Assembly: GCA_023434095.1 (NCBI GenBank) | Contig: JAEYTJ010000022.1 | Span: 1-47,179 of the forward strand | Length of the DNA: 47,179 bases | From: Pseudomonadota bacterium | GTDB lineage: Bacteria > Pseudomonadota > Alphaproteobacteria > Rhizobiales > Xanthobacteraceae | Direction of reading: 5' to 3' | Part shown: one piece after another, positions 20,080 to 30,085 of the stretch | Numbering within the stretch: position 1 is the first letter of the stretch | Layout: every line of letters starts with the position of its first letter | Made by a program: the position numbers and the translations under genes | Notes under the pieces: model-generated | What the model was told of the DNA's origin: nothing | What the model saw: the letters and a program-made list of their open reading frames with translations, nothing else | Database searches by the model: none

Positions 20080-21555
20080 TCAGCGCGCGCCGGAGAGCGG
20101 GCGCGCCTCCGGGTCGATCTGCCGGGCGGCGCGCAGGCCGGATTCGATGGCGCCCTCGACCCAGCCGGTCTTCAGCGTGGTGAAATCGCCGGCGAAATGG
20201 ATGCGCCCTTCCGGTGCGGTCCATTCCTTCACCATCCAGCCGCCGCCGATGGGCGTCGAGCCGAAGGAGCCCTGGATCCAGGGCTGTTCGCTCCAGGCGA
20301 AATCGCTGACGCTGACCACGTCGCCGAGCAGGCCCGGCAGGTCCTGCTGGAAGATGTCCACCACCTGCTGGGCACGCACCTCGCGCGGCGCCGCGAGCAG
20401 GCGGTCGGCGTTCTCGCCGTTGAGGTAGAAGAAGCCGCTGCCATGGCCGCCCGGCTCGTTGCCGGTGATGTCGATGAAGCGCTCCCACGGCCGGTCGCCG
20501 CCGGCCATCGGCCAGCCGCGCACGTTCTGGGCGAGCCAGCTCGGCTCCCTGGTCTTGACGATGACCTTGACGGTCTTGTCCCATTCCATCTCGGCGAACA
20601 TGCGCGCCTTGCCGGCGGACCAGGCCGGTGTGACCTCCACTTCGTCCATCACGCTGAAAGGGATGGTCGAGACGATGGCGTCGCCGGTGAACGCCTTGCC
20701 GTCCTTCGTGCCGACGCGGAGGCGCGGGCCGGTCTGGTCGATGCTCGTCACCTGCGCGTCGAGCACGACATTGGTGCGCCCGAGGGCGTTCGCCATCGCC
20801 AGCGGCAGGCGGTTGTTGCCGCCCTGGATGCGGAACACGTTCTGGTCGCCGAAATGATAGGCGAGATCGGGAATGATGCTGAGCGTCTGCGCGTAGGGGG
20901 TGAACAGCCCCGCATTGGCTGCCAGCAGCTTGAGGAAGGCGGGCGAGGCGCCCACCGGGCGCAGCAGGTCTTCCAGCGTGATGTCGTCGAGCCGGTCGAG
21001 CAGGTCCTGGTCCGGCCAGTCGGGGCTCAGCACGGTGTGGGTGTCGAGGCCGGCGCGGAACAGGTAGCGGTTCAGATTGGCGGAGACGGTGACGTTGCGC
21101 TCTTCCGCCGTCAGGTCCCAGGGCCAGTTGGTGATGTCGGCCGACTTCGCCGTCTTGCCGTCGATCATGTAGACCGGCAGGCCGTCGTTCAGGCTGAGCA
21201 GCGGCAGGTTGAAGTGGCGGATATAGTTCAGCACCAGCGGCATGTCGGAGCGGAAATGGCCGCCGCCCGCCTCGGTGAACATGCCGTCCCCTAGCGGCAC
21301 GGAAAGCAGCCGGCCGCCGATGCGGGCCTGCCGTTCGATCACCGTCACCTTGTGCCCGCGCCGCTGCAGGGCCAGCGCGGCGGTGAGGCCGGCCATGCCG
21401 GCGCCGAGCACCAGAACCTCCATCGGGCGGGCGGCCTGCGACTGCGCCAGCGCCGGCGCCGCCAGCGGCGCGGCCGCGAGGGCACCGAGGGTTGCCGCGG
21501 TGCCGGCGAGTAACGAACGACGGGAAAACGCACGGGGAGAAAAGTCGGCTGCCAT
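20080..21555 (-). CDS. Tat-exported flavin monoamine/L-amino-acid oxidase family protein
   Basis: SRRSLL Tat signal, VLGAGMAGL..A, RIGGR, EAGG and HFAGD...GWVEGAIESG; start (21555 or 21570) uncertain. Confidence 0.85.
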   Translation of the reverse strand: MAADFSPRAFSRRSLLAGTAATLGALAAAPLAAPALAQSQAARPMEVLVLGAGMAGLTAALALQRRGHKVTVIERQARIGGRLLSVPLGDGMFTEAGGGHFRSDMPLVLNYIRHFNLPLLSLNDGLPVYMIDGKTAKSADITNWPWDLTAEERNVTVSANLNRYLFRAGLDTHTVLSPDWPDQDLLDRLDDITLEDLLRPVGASPAFLKLLAANAGLFTPYAQTLSIIPDLAYHFGDQNVFRIQGGNNRLPLAMANALGRTNVVLDAQVTSIDQTGPRLRVGTKDGKAFTGDAIVSTIPFSVMDEVEVTPAWSAGKARMFAEMEWDKTVKVIVKTREPSWLAQNVRGWPMAGGDRPWERFIDITGNEPGGHGSGFFYLNGENADRLLAAPREVRAQQVVDIFQQDLPGLLGDVVSVSDFAWSEQPWIQGSFGSTPIGGGWMVKEWTAPEGRIHFAGDFTTLKTGWVEGAIESGLRAARQIDPEARPLSGAR

Positions 21556-21665
21556 CGGTCCCAGCTCCACCTTGCCTCAAGGCATGTAGCAGGAGACTGC
21601 CCGACCGTCACCCGCGCCACTGCACATGACAACGGCTGTCGGCACGCCCGCGCGCAGGGAGCGGC

Positions 21666-22406
21666 TCACGGACGGCTGAGCAGCAGCGGCGTGCCCTCGT
21701 CCGGCGGCACCTTCTCCCAGCCGCCATCCTCCTGCGCGGCAAAGCGCAGGCCTTCGCCGCGGGCGGTGAGCAGCACCAGGCTGCCGCCGTCGAGCCGCCA
21801 GCGGTCCGGTGCCATCGCCACAAGCCGGGCCGGGCAGCCGGCAGCGAGCCGGGCGCGGAACGTGCCGCCGCCGGCATCCGCTTCGGTCAGCTCCAGCCGG
21901 CACAGCGGCTTTCCCGCCTGCTCGGCGATATCCCACGCGCCGACGAGATCGCCGGCATGGAGGCCGGGATCGGCGAGGCGGGGATTGACGAGAAAATACA
22001 CCCCGTCGCCTTCGCGCAGGGCCTCCCACGTGCCGCCGACGCCCTCGGTGAACTCGGCCACCAGACCGCCATCCGGTCCCTGCAGCCGGATGGCATTGCC
22101 GGGGCCCGGCGACCAGGAGGCGATGTCGACGCTGAACAGGATGGCGCCGGCGCAGACTTCCCGATCGAGAGTGATCTCGAAACGCGCCGGGTTGCGGCCG
22201 CGGCCCTGCGGCTTGTCGGACAGGGTGAGGGGGCACACGCGGTCGCCATCGGCATTGGTCAGCCGGTATTCGGCCGCCAGCGAGGCCGCCGAGGGAGCGT
22301 CGCTCTCCTGCGCGGCCGCCGGCCTCGCGAAGGCCGGCGCCAGCACGCCGGCGGCGAGCGCGGCGGCGAGCGCGGTGCGGCCGGCGAATGTGCGGGGCGC
22401 CTGCAT
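21666..22406 (-). CDS. Secreted AprI/Inh-family protease-inhibitor-like protein with two tandem domains
   Basis: Signal peptide followed by two repeats of (Y/W).L/I...G...C.L.L...C...W. Start re-called at ATG 22406 with a GAGGAG RBS. Confidence 0.7.
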   Translation of the reverse strand: MQAPRTFAGRTALAAALAAGVLAPAFARPAAAQESDAPSAASLAAEYRLTNADGDRVCPLTLSDKPQGRGRNPARFEITLDREVCAGAILFSVDIASWSPGPGNAIRLQGPDGGLVAEFTEGVGGTWEALREGDGVYFLVNPRLADPGLHAGDLVGAWDIAEQAGKPLCRLELTEADAGGGTFRARLAAGCPARLVAMAPDRWRLDGGSLVLLTARGEGLRFAAQEDGGWEKVPPDEGTPLLLSRP

Positions 22407-22417
22407 CCGGGTGCTCC

Positions 22418-23401
22418 TCACCCGGCCCGGGGCACGGGCGTTTCCGGCACGGGGGTCAGCACCGGCTTGCCGGCCGCCCAGGCGAGGAGATTGTCGACCA
22501 CGAGCTGGCCCATGGCATTGCGGGTGACATGGGTGGCGGAGGCGACATGGGGCAGCAGCACGACGTTGCTCATGCCGATCAGCGCTTCCGGCACATGCGG
22601 CTCGTTGGCGAACACGTCGAGGCCGGCAGCGGCGATGGTGCCGTCTTCGAGCGCCTTGACCAGCGCCGGCTCGTCGACCACCGAACCGCGCGCGACATTG
22701 ATCAGCACACCCTTCGGCCCGAGAGCGGCGAGCACCTCGGCATTGATCAAGCGGTCGGTCTCGGGTCCGCCCGGCACGATGACGATGAGCGCGTCGACCT
22801 CCTTCGCCATCGCGAGCAGCTCGGGATAATGGGCGTAGGGCACATCGGCCACCGGGCGGCGGCTGTGATAGGCGATGGGCCGGCCGAAGCCTTCCAGCCG
22901 GCGGGCGATGGCGCGGCCGATCCGCCCCATGCCGACAATGCCGAGCGTGCGGTCGCGCAGCGTGGCGGTGAGCGGGAAGCCGCCGGAGGGCCACTTGCGT
23001 TCGCGCAGATGGCGCTCGGCCTGTGGAATCTGGCGGATGGTGGCGAGCAGCAGGCCGATGGTGAGGTCGGCGACCTCATCGTCGAGCACGCCGGGGGTGT
23101 TGGTGACCACCACGCCGCGGCGGCCGGCGGCCTCGGCTTCCACCGAATCGTAGCCGACGCCGAAATTGGCGACGATTTCCAGCGCCGGCAAACGGGCCAT
23201 CAACGCGTCCGTCACCCGGCGGGCGCCGCCGCCGGTGGAACCGACGCCGGTGGCGACGGCGCGGATGCGCGGGCCGATCTCGGCGAGCAGCGCCTCGGCG
23301 TCCGGCGCGTCGAGCCGGTGAACGGTGAAGTGCTCGTTCAGCTGCGCCTCGATCATGCCCATCATCGGGCCGGTCTGGAGAAGGTCGGGGCGGCCGGACA
23401 T
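22418..23401 (-). CDS. D-2-hydroxyacid dehydrogenase (glyoxylate/hydroxypyruvate reductase-like)
   Basis: FGVGYD, GIVGMGRIG, INVARGSVVDE, LDVFANEP and PHVAS. Confidence 0.92.
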   Translation of the reverse strand: MSGRPDLLQTGPMMGMIEAQLNEHFTVHRLDAPDAEALLAEIGPRIRAVATGVGSTGGGARRVTDALMARLPALEIVANFGVGYDSVEAEAAGRRGVVVTNTPGVLDDEVADLTIGLLLATIRQIPQAERHLRERKWPSGGFPLTATLRDRTLGIVGMGRIGRAIARRLEGFGRPIAYHSRRPVADVPYAHYPELLAMAKEVDALIVIVPGGPETDRLINAEVLAALGPKGVLINVARGSVVDEPALVKALEDGTIAAAGLDVFANEPHVPEALIGMSNVVLLPHVASATHVTRNAMGQLVVDNLLAWAAGKPVLTPVPETPVPRAG

Positions 23402-23490
23402 GAGGCACTCCTGCGCGGAAAGGGGCGGCCATTCCTCACCAAAGCGGGGCCGGTTTCAAGCCCGATTCGGCCGAAGGGTCCTTCCGCCTT

Positions 23491-23985
23491 TCAGGCGGTC
23501 TCGTCCTCCAGCCCGTCTTCGGTCTCGTCGTCGGCCTCGGCGGTAACGGCGCCGAGCTGGGTCGAGAGGTTGCGCTCGATCTTGCGCAGCATCTTGCGGA
23601 AACGCCGGCGGTCCTTGCCGTCGAGGCCGGCGGTCATCGTGTCCTCAATCGAATCCGAAATGGCGTCGATCGTCTCGGCGCGGCGGCGGCCTTCCTCGGT
23701 GAGATGGACCCGCACCAGCCGGGCATCGCCTTCGGAGGCGCGTCGCACCAGCAACCCTTGCGCGGAGAGCCGGCCGACGGTCTTCGAGGCGGTGGGCGGG
23801 CGCACCTTCAGCGCGGCGGCGAGTTCGCTCATGGTGCGGCCGTCGGTTTCGCTGAGCAGCTTGAGCACCGTTTCCTGGCCGGGAAACAGCCCGATGTCCT
23901 GAAGACGACGTGCCGCCAAAGCACGCTGAAGCCGCGCGACGTGGTGCAGCCTCTGGCCAATCTTCTTGTCGAAGCCGTTCTTCAT
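23491..23985 (-). CDS. MarR family transcriptional regulator
   Basis: GLFPGQETVL, ELAAALKVRPPTASKTVGRL and DARLVRVHLTEEG; acidic tail. Confidence 0.88.
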   Translation of the reverse strand: MKNGFDKKIGQRLHHVARLQRALAARRLQDIGLFPGQETVLKLLSETDGRTMSELAAALKVRPPTASKTVGRLSAQGLLVRRASEGDARLVRVHLTEEGRRRAETIDAISDSIEDTMTAGLDGKDRRRFRKMLRKIERNLSTQLGAVTAEADDETEDGLEDETA

Positions 23986-24109
23986 GGGCGTCCCTGCCAT
24001 CCAAACCACGCCACGGTACCATTATCTAATGCGAAAATAACGCATTGCCGTGACACAATGCCGGATGCCAGCAAAAGGTCTCCCGGCAAAGCGGTGCCGC
24101 CGCCCGCGA

Positions 24110-24697
24110 TCACAGCCGGGCGAAGCGGGCCTCGACCTTGGCAAGGAAGGCGGCGCGGCGTTCGGCGCTGGCGGAATCCATGCCGTGCAGGGCAAGCCAC
24201 AGCTTCTTCGCCCGCGGGTGGATGATGCCGCCAATGCCGTCGAGCAGGATGCGCCGGCCGGGCTGGCCGATCCACAGCCACCAGTACCAGGGCGAGCCGA
24301 GCGAACTCACGGCCGCAAGGGCGCGGATGTTGGTGAGCCGGCGTTCCAGCGGGCGATAGGGGCGGGGCATGCCGAACGTCTCGTGCGGCACCAGCACCCG
24401 GTCGAGCCAGCCTTTCAGCATGGCGGGCGGACCGTACCACCAAGTTGGCGTGACGAAGATGAGGGCCTCGGCCTGCTTCACCCGTTCGAGATGCCCGGCG
24501 ATGGGTGCCGTGTTGAGGCCGGGTTCGTGATAGGCGAGACGCTCCTCGCGCCCCATCACGGGGTTGAAGCCTTCGGCGTAGAGGTCGAGAAGGTCCACCT
24601 CGTGCCCGGCCGCCTTCAGCCCCCGGATCACCGCGTCGCGTACGCCGGCGGTGAAGCTCTCCGCCACCGGGTGGCAATAGACGACAAGCGCGCGCAT
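24110..24697 (-). CDS. Flavodoxin-like NAD(P)H dehydrogenase (quinone), Flavodoxin_2 family
   Basis: HPVAESF, DLYAEGFNP and PTWWYGPPAMLKGWLDRV; overlaps the upstream stop codon by 1 bp. Confidence 0.88.
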   Translation of the reverse strand: MRALVVYCHPVAESFTAGVRDAVIRGLKAAGHEVDLLDLYAEGFNPVMGREERLAYHEPGLNTAPIAGHLERVKQAEALIFVTPTWWYGPPAMLKGWLDRVLVPHETFGMPRPYRPLERRLTNIRALAAVSSLGSPWYWWLWIGQPGRRILLDGIGGIIHPRAKKLWLALHGMDSASAERRAAFLAKVEARFARL

Positions 24698-26118
24698 CAG
24701 CCGGCCTCCCCCGTGCTTCGGCCTTCCAGCCCGGGGAACAGATAGGTGCGGCCGGTGGCAAAGTCGAAGCCGGGATTCTCCCAGGCGATCATCTTGCCGG
24801 GGTTGAGCAGCCCTTGCGGGTCCGCCTGCCGCTTGAAGGCCAGTTGCGCCGGGTCGGTCTGCTTCATGCCGCCTTCCTCCAGCGTGTAGCGGTGCGGGTT
24901 GAACACCGGGATGCCCAGCTCCTCATGCAGGGCGACGATGTCCGCCAGCCGCTCCTCGGAGCTGTAGCGCACCAGCGGCAGGCCGAAGCAGGTGACCTTG
25001 CCGTCGAAGCGCACGAATTCGAGATGCGCCGGCACCTCGTCGCCGAGCCGGGCGTGCACCTTCTCCACCAGTTCCAGCTGATCTGGAAAGGGGTAGAGCG
25101 TCTGCAGATAGGTGATGGCGGGATCGACCCGCAGCGCGCGCAACGTCGTGTGGTTCCAGGCGAGTTCGTAGAGCGGGGGCAGGCCCTTCCTGTCGTCGGA
25201 TGACAGGAGATCGGAGCGGAACAGCATTTCCCCGCCCCAGCGGGCGGTGAAGCTCTCGAACGCCGCGCGGCCCATCGGCGCCAGCATCACCAGCACGATG
25301 TGCCGGCCGTCCGGCAGGAAGGGGCGGTGGCGCAGGAAGCTGGTCTGCGGGATGGGCGCGGCGATGACGGAGACGAGCTTTTTCAGGATGGCGTCCTGTT
25401 CCCCCAGCGCGTTGGCATAGGCCGCCGCCTCGCGGAAATCGGCGAAGCCGACAATGGCCTCGGTCCAATCATAGGCGGGCGCCAGCGGCATCTGGACGTC
25501 GAGGATGATGCCGTTGGTGCCATAGGCATGGGCGACTTTCTGCACCTCCTCGCCCGCCAGCTCCAGTATCCGCGGGCTCGCCTCCATGGTGGCGATGCGC
25601 AGGGAGAGGATGTTGCCGAGGTCGCGCAGCCCGCCCCAGCTGATCGACCCGACCCCGCCCGAGCCGCCGGCGATGAAGCCGCCAAGGGAGGCGGTGCGGT
25701 AGGTGGAAGGGTGCAGCCGCAGTTCCTGCCTGCTCGGCGCGCAGGCGGCGTCGATGTCGGAAAGGAGGGCGCCGGCCTGCGCCCGCACCCGGCCGGGGCC
25801 GACCTCCAGCACCTTGTCGAGGCCGGAAAGATCCAGCACCAGCCCGCCGGCCAACGGCATGGCCTGCCCGTAATTGCCGGTGCCGGCCCCGCGCGGTGTG
25901 ACGGGTATGCCAAGTTCAAAGCAGGCGGCGAGGACGTGCAGCACCTCCTCCTCGCTCACCGGTGCGGCGAGGATGTCGCCGACCACCCCGTCGAGCTGGC
26001 GCTTCAGTGTCGGCGAGTACCAGTAGAAGTCGCGGCTCTTCTGCCGCAGCACGGCGGGATTGTCCTCCAGCCGGATGCCCGCGAGCCGGACTTTGAGGGC
26101 GGCGAGGTCAAAGGTCAC
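24697..26118 (-). CDS. FAD-binding oxidoreductase (FAD_binding_4, GlcD/Dld-like)
   Basis: SRDFYWYSP, PRGAGTGNYGQ, HAYGTNGI and DPQGLLNPGK; GTG start at 26118 overlaps the deaminase stop. Confidence 0.88.
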   Translation of the reverse strand: MTFDLAALKVRLAGIRLEDNPAVLRQKSRDFYWYSPTLKRQLDGVVGDILAAPVSEEEVLHVLAACFELGIPVTPRGAGTGNYGQAMPLAGGLVLDLSGLDKVLEVGPGRVRAQAGALLSDIDAACAPSRQELRLHPSTYRTASLGGFIAGGSGGVGSISWGGLRDLGNILSLRIATMEASPRILELAGEEVQKVAHAYGTNGIILDVQMPLAPAYDWTEAIVGFADFREAAAYANALGEQDAILKKLVSVIAAPIPQTSFLRHRPFLPDGRHIVLVMLAPMGRAAFESFTARWGGEMLFRSDLLSSDDRKGLPPLYELAWNHTTLRALRVDPAITYLQTLYPFPDQLELVEKVHARLGDEVPAHLEFVRFDGKVTCFGLPLVRYSSEERLADIVALHEELGIPVFNPHRYTLEEGGMKQTDPAQLAFKRQADPQGLLNPGKMIAWENPGFDFATGRTYLFPGLEGRSTGEAG

Positions 26119-27424
26119 GCGGGCGCTCCATGAGGTCGTCCAGCTCGCCATAGTCGGGCGGCGTGGTGTCGATGGCGCGTCCCGCCCGCAGCACGGTGCG
26201 CGTTGTCGGGGCGCGGGCCAGCCATTCATTGAGGCTGCGCGCGGGAAAAAGCGAGAGATCGGCGGGCGCTCCCTCAGTCACCGTGCCGGCCTCCACGCCC
26301 ATAAGGGCCGCCGGCACGCGGGTGATGAGCGCCGGCCCGTCGCCATGGGGATGGTCGAGATGGGCGATGCGGGCGGCCTCACGGTAGACCTCGACGAGAT
26401 CGAGGTCGCCATAGGCGTAGAAGGGGTCGCGCGCATTGTCGCTCGCCACCATGACCGGGATGCCGCGCGCCCGCATCTCCTGCAGCAGGGTGACGCCGCG
26501 CCAGCGCGGGGTGCGCCCAAGCTGCCGGTCCTGCAAATAGAGATTGCACATGGGCAGCGAGACGACGCTGATCCCCGCCCGCGCGACGCGGTCGAGCGTG
26601 CGGTCGATCTCGTCCTCGTCTTTCACCGCGAGCGCGCAGCAATGACCGGCGAGGATCGGCCCTTCGAAGCGGCGCTCCAGCGCCATGCGCGCCAGCAGGT
26701 CGAGCCCGCGCCCCTCGCGGTCACGCTCGTCGACATGCAGGTCGAGCCCGAGGCCGAAGCGCTCGGCGGCGTCGAACAGGCGCGCGAGGCCGGCTTCGAG
26801 GTTGGGAGTGAGATAGGTGTAGGCGCCGAGCAGGCCGCCATGGGCGCGGACCAGATTCAGCAACGGAGTGAAGGCCCCGTCGTCGAGCACGCGGTCGATG
26901 GCGATGAGGCCGACGGCCTGCAGCTCGATCCGCCCGCGCCAGGCCTCGCACATCGCCTCGAAGACGCGCCAGGCCCCTGCAGCGCGCGGGCCGTCGGAAT
27001 CGAGATGGGTGCGGATCGCCACCGTGCCATGGGCATGGGCGCAGCGCAGGCCGAAATCGAAGCGCCGGCCGATGTCTTCCTCGCTCCAATGTGCGGCGCG
27101 GTCCGCGTTCACCGCCTTCACCGCGCCGTCGAAGCTGCCGTCGGGGTTGGGCGCCCGCGTCCAGATGAAGCCCTTGTCGAGATGGGTGTGGATGTCGACG
27201 AGACCCGGCAGCACCAGCCCGCCCCGCAGGTCGAGCCGGGGCGCGGCATCGGTCAGCGCGCCGGCCGGGGCGAGGCGGGCAATGCGCGCGCCGTCCAGCG
27301 CGATGTCGAGCGCCACCAGCCCTTCGCCGTCCGCCGGCCCGACCGCCGCCGGGACGAGGCAGGCGGGCAGGCGGGCATGGCCGAGCACGAAGGCGGCGGG
27401 CGGGGCGTCAAGGTCGATCGTCAC
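26108..27424 (-). CDS. Cytosine-deaminase-like amidohydrolase (candidate pterin deaminase)
   Basis: HTHLDKG, RTHLD, LHVDE, GHCC, LPMCNLYLQDR and SDNARDPFY. Start re-called at GTG 27424 (GTGA overlap with the permease). Confidence 0.88.
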   Translation of the reverse strand: MTIDLDAPPAAFVLGHARLPACLVPAAVGPADGEGLVALDIALDGARIARLAPAGALTDAAPRLDLRGGLVLPGLVDIHTHLDKGFIWTRAPNPDGSFDGAVKAVNADRAAHWSEEDIGRRFDFGLRCAHAHGTVAIRTHLDSDGPRAAGAWRVFEAMCEAWRGRIELQAVGLIAIDRVLDDGAFTPLLNLVRAHGGLLGAYTYLTPNLEAGLARLFDAAERFGLGLDLHVDERDREGRGLDLLARMALERRFEGPILAGHCCALAVKDEDEIDRTLDRVARAGISVVSLPMCNLYLQDRQLGRTPRWRGVTLLQEMRARGIPVMVASDNARDPFYAYGDLDLVEVYREAARIAHLDHPHGDGPALITRVPAALMGVEAGTVTEGAPADLSLFPARSLNEWLARAPTTRTVLRAGRAIDTTPPDYGELDDLMERPRDL

Positions 27425-28203
27425 GTCCGCCCGCCAAGTTCGCTCTCGTGCCAGCGGCGCAGCGCCAGCCAGGAGAGCAGGCTCAGCGCGGCATAGATGA
27501 GGATGCCGGTGAGCGAGATCAGCAGGAGCGCCGCGAACAGGCGCGGAATGTTGAGCCGGTAGGCGGATTCGACGATGCGGAAGGCGAGGCCCGAACCCTG
27601 CCCGGCCGAGCCGGCGGCGATCTCCCCCACCACCGCGCCGATCAGCGCCAGGCCGCCGGCAATGCGCAGCCCGCCGAGGAAATAGGGCAGGGCGGTCGGC
27701 AGCCTCAACTGCGCCAGCGTCTGCCAGCGCGAGGCGCCGGCGAGGCGGAACAGGTCGCGCAGATGGGGATCGACCGAGTTCAGCCCCAGCGTGGTGTTGG
27801 AGAGCACCGGAAAGAAGGCGACGATCCAAGCGCAGACCAGCACCGCCGCGTCGGTGGAGAGATAGATCAGCATCAGCGGCGCCACGGCGATGACCGGCGT
27901 CACCTGCAGGACCACCGCGATGGGGAACAGCGAGAATTCGACGATGCGGGCGCTGGCGAACAGCAACGCCAGGGCGACACCGCCGACGACGGCCAGCGCC
28001 AGCGCGGTCAGCGTGGTTTGCAGCGTCACCAGCATGGAGGCGAACAGCACCGCCCGGTCCTTGACCAGCGTCGCCATCACCGCGTCCGGGGCCGGCAGCA
28101 CATAGGGCGGCAGGTCGTTGAGCTTCACCACCGCTTCCCAGCCGAGGATGAGCGCCGCCAGCACGCCGAGGGGGAGAAGCCAGCGCAGCGGCGAGGTGGC
28201 CAT
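27421..28203 (-). CDS. ABC transporter permease (NitT/TauT family)
   Basis: LPAP, LQVTPVIAVAPL and the EAA-like loop DLFRLAGASRWQTLAQLRLPTALP. Confidence 0.92.
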   Translation of the reverse strand: MATSPLRWLLPLGVLAALILGWEAVVKLNDLPPYVLPAPDAVMATLVKDRAVLFASMLVTLQTTLTALALAVVGGVALALLFASARIVEFSLFPIAVVLQVTPVIAVAPLMLIYLSTDAAVLVCAWIVAFFPVLSNTTLGLNSVDPHLRDLFRLAGASRWQTLAQLRLPTALPYFLGGLRIAGGLALIGAVVGEIAAGSAGQGSGLAFRIVESAYRLNIPRLFAALLLISLTGILIYAALSLLSWLALRRWHESELGGRT

Positions 28204-28215
28204 GCGCGCCTCCGC

Positions 28216-29031
28216 CTAGCGCGCGTCCATCGCCCGGGCGAGGGCGAGGGAGGTTTCGCGGCAGAGCGCCGCATATTCCGGCGAGGTGCGGAAGGCCTCG
28301 TCGCGCGGCTGGTCCGGGGCGATGGACAGTTCCGCCGCCACCCGCCCCGGCCGGGCGCGGAACACCAGGATGCGCGAGGAGAGGTAGACCGATTCGAACA
28401 CCGAATGGGTGACGAAGACGATGGTGCAGTCGAGCCGCCGCCACACGTCGAGCAGGTCGTTGTTCAGCTTGAAGCGGGTGATCTCGTCGAGGGCGGCGAA
28501 GGGCTCATCCATCAGCAGCAGGCGCGGTTTGGTGACGAGCGCGCGGGCGATGGAGACGCGCATCTTCATGCCGCCGGAAAGCTCGCGCGGATAGGCGTCG
28601 CGAAAGGCCGAGAGGCCGACCAGCTCCAGCGCTTCCGTGATGGCGGGCTCGGCGTCGCGCCGGCCGACGCCGGCGAGCTTGAGCGGCAGGTGCACATTGC
28701 CGAACACGCTGGCCCACGGCATCAGCGTCGGCTCCTGGAACACGAAACCGATGGCGTGGCGGTCCTGCGCGCGCCGGGCCTTCTCGCCGGCGTCCCAGTC
28801 GAGCCGGCCCTCGCTCGGCTCGGCAAGGCCGGCGATGAGGCGCAGCGCGGTCGACTTGCCGCAGCCGGACGGGCCGAGCAGCGAGACGAACTCGCCCGCG
28901 CGCACCTCCATGTCGAGCCCTTCCAGCGCGGTGACGCCGTTGCCGAATCGCTTGCCGACGCCGGAAAGCCGCAGCAGTGGCGGACCTTCCGCTGTCGGGT
29001 GGGGCTCGACGTCCATCGGGTGGGCGTTCAT
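28216..29031 (-). CDS. ABC transporter ATP-binding protein (NitT/TauT family)
   Basis: GPSGCGKST, LSGGMKMR, LLLMDEPF and FVTH; start uncertain (29016, 29031 or 29040). Confidence 0.92.
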   Translation of the reverse strand: MNAHPMDVEPHPTAEGPPLLRLSGVGKRFGNGVTALEGLDMEVRAGEFVSLLGPSGCGKSTALRLIAGLAEPSEGRLDWDAGEKARRAQDRHAIGFVFQEPTLMPWASVFGNVHLPLKLAGVGRRDAEPAITEALELVGLSAFRDAYPRELSGGMKMRVSIARALVTKPRLLLMDEPFAALDEITRFKLNNDLLDVWRRLDCTIVFVTHSVFESVYLSSRILVFRARPGRVAAELSIAPDQPRDEAFRTSPEYAALCRETSLALARAMDAR

Positions 29032-29068
29032 GCCGGGCACGCGGGGCGCGGGCAGGCGAGGGTGCGCC

Positions 29069-30085
29069 TCATTTTGGCGCCAGCTCCCTGCCGACGCCCT
29101 TGTTGACGAATTGCAGCGTGTAGGACTTGGCGTAGTCGATGCCGGGCGCCAGCACCTTCGCCTTCACCATCTTGTCGTAGAACGCCTTCATCCGCGCCTC
29201 GCTCATGGCGCCGATACCCAGCGTGGCCGTGTCGCCGGAATCGACGATACCGTACTCCTTCAGCTTGGCGATGGAGAAGGCGATCATCGCATCGGTCATT
29301 TCCGGGTTGTCCTGCTTGATCAGGGCATTGGCCTTGGCGTTGTCGCCATAGAGGTAATTGTACCAGCCGATGACCGACGCATCGACGAAGCGCTGCACGA
29401 GGTCGGGGTTCTGCTTCACCAGCTCGGTGCGGGTCTCGATGGTGGTGGCGTAGGTCTCGAAGCCGTAATCGGCGAGCAGGAACAGCTTCGGCGTGAAGCC
29501 GCCCTGCTGTTCCACCGCATAGGGCTCGGAGGTGATGTAGCCCTGCATGGCGCTGTTCGTGTCGACGAGGAACGGCGCGGCGTTGAAGGTGTAGGGCTTC
29601 ACCTGGTCCTCGCTGAAGCCGTAATCGGCGATCAGCCACTGGTAGTAGCTGGCGAGCCCCTCCTTGGAGATGAACAGCGTGCGCGTCTTCAGCTGCTCGA
29701 ATTCCGTGACGTCCGGATGGGCGATCAGGACCTGCGGGTCCTTCTGGAACATGGCGGCGACGACTTTGGTGGGGATCTTCTCCACCACCGAGGAGATCGC
29801 CTGCAGCATGTTGGCGCCCATGTAGAAGTCGATCTTGCCCACCGGCAGCAGCAGCCGGTTATTGGCCTGCGGGCCGCCCGGCATGATGGTGACGTCGAGC
29901 CCGTATTTCGCGTAGGTGCCGTCGGCGACCGCCTGGTAGAAGCCGCCATGCTCCGGCTGCGCGACCCAGTTGGTGCCGAAGGTCACCTTGTCCGCGGCAC
30001 GCGCCGGCGCGGCGGAAACGAGGGCGGCGACAGCCAGCGCGGCGAGGGGGAAGAGGGAACGCAAGCGCGACAGACGCGGGCGCAT
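29069..30085 (-). CDS. ABC substrate-binding protein (NMT1/THI5-like)
   Basis: Signal peptide, TNWVAQPEHGGFYQA, GLDVTIMPGGP and QGYITSEPY; ATG 30085 with a GGAG RBS. Confidence 0.9.
   Translation of the reverse strand: MRPRLSRLRSLFPLAALAVAALVSAAPARAADKVTFGTNWVAQPEHGGFYQAVADGTYAKYGLDVTIMPGGPQANNRLLLPVGKIDFYMGANMLQAISSVVEKIPTKVVAAMFQKDPQVLIAHPDVTEFEQLKTRTLFISKEGLASYYQWLIADYGFSEDQVKPYTFNAAPFLVDTNSAMQGYITSEPYAVEQQGGFTPKLFLLADYGFETYATTIETRTELVKQNPDLVQRFVDASVIGWYNYLYGDNAKANALIKQDNPEMTDAMIAFSIAKLKEYGIVDSGDTATLGIGAMSEARMKAFYDKMVKAKVLAPGIDYAKSYTLQFVNKGVGRELAPK

Noticed and set aside
24012..24052. AATGCG-N7-CGCATT inverted repeat upstream of marR
   Set aside because: The arms are only 6 bp. It could be a MarR operator but is too weak to call from one instance.
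26108..28444. 778-aa ORF suggesting a giant deaminase fusion
   Set aside because: The N-terminal part is an off-frame reading of the permease and ATPase genes. The deaminase starts at GTG 27424 with a normal GTGA overlap.
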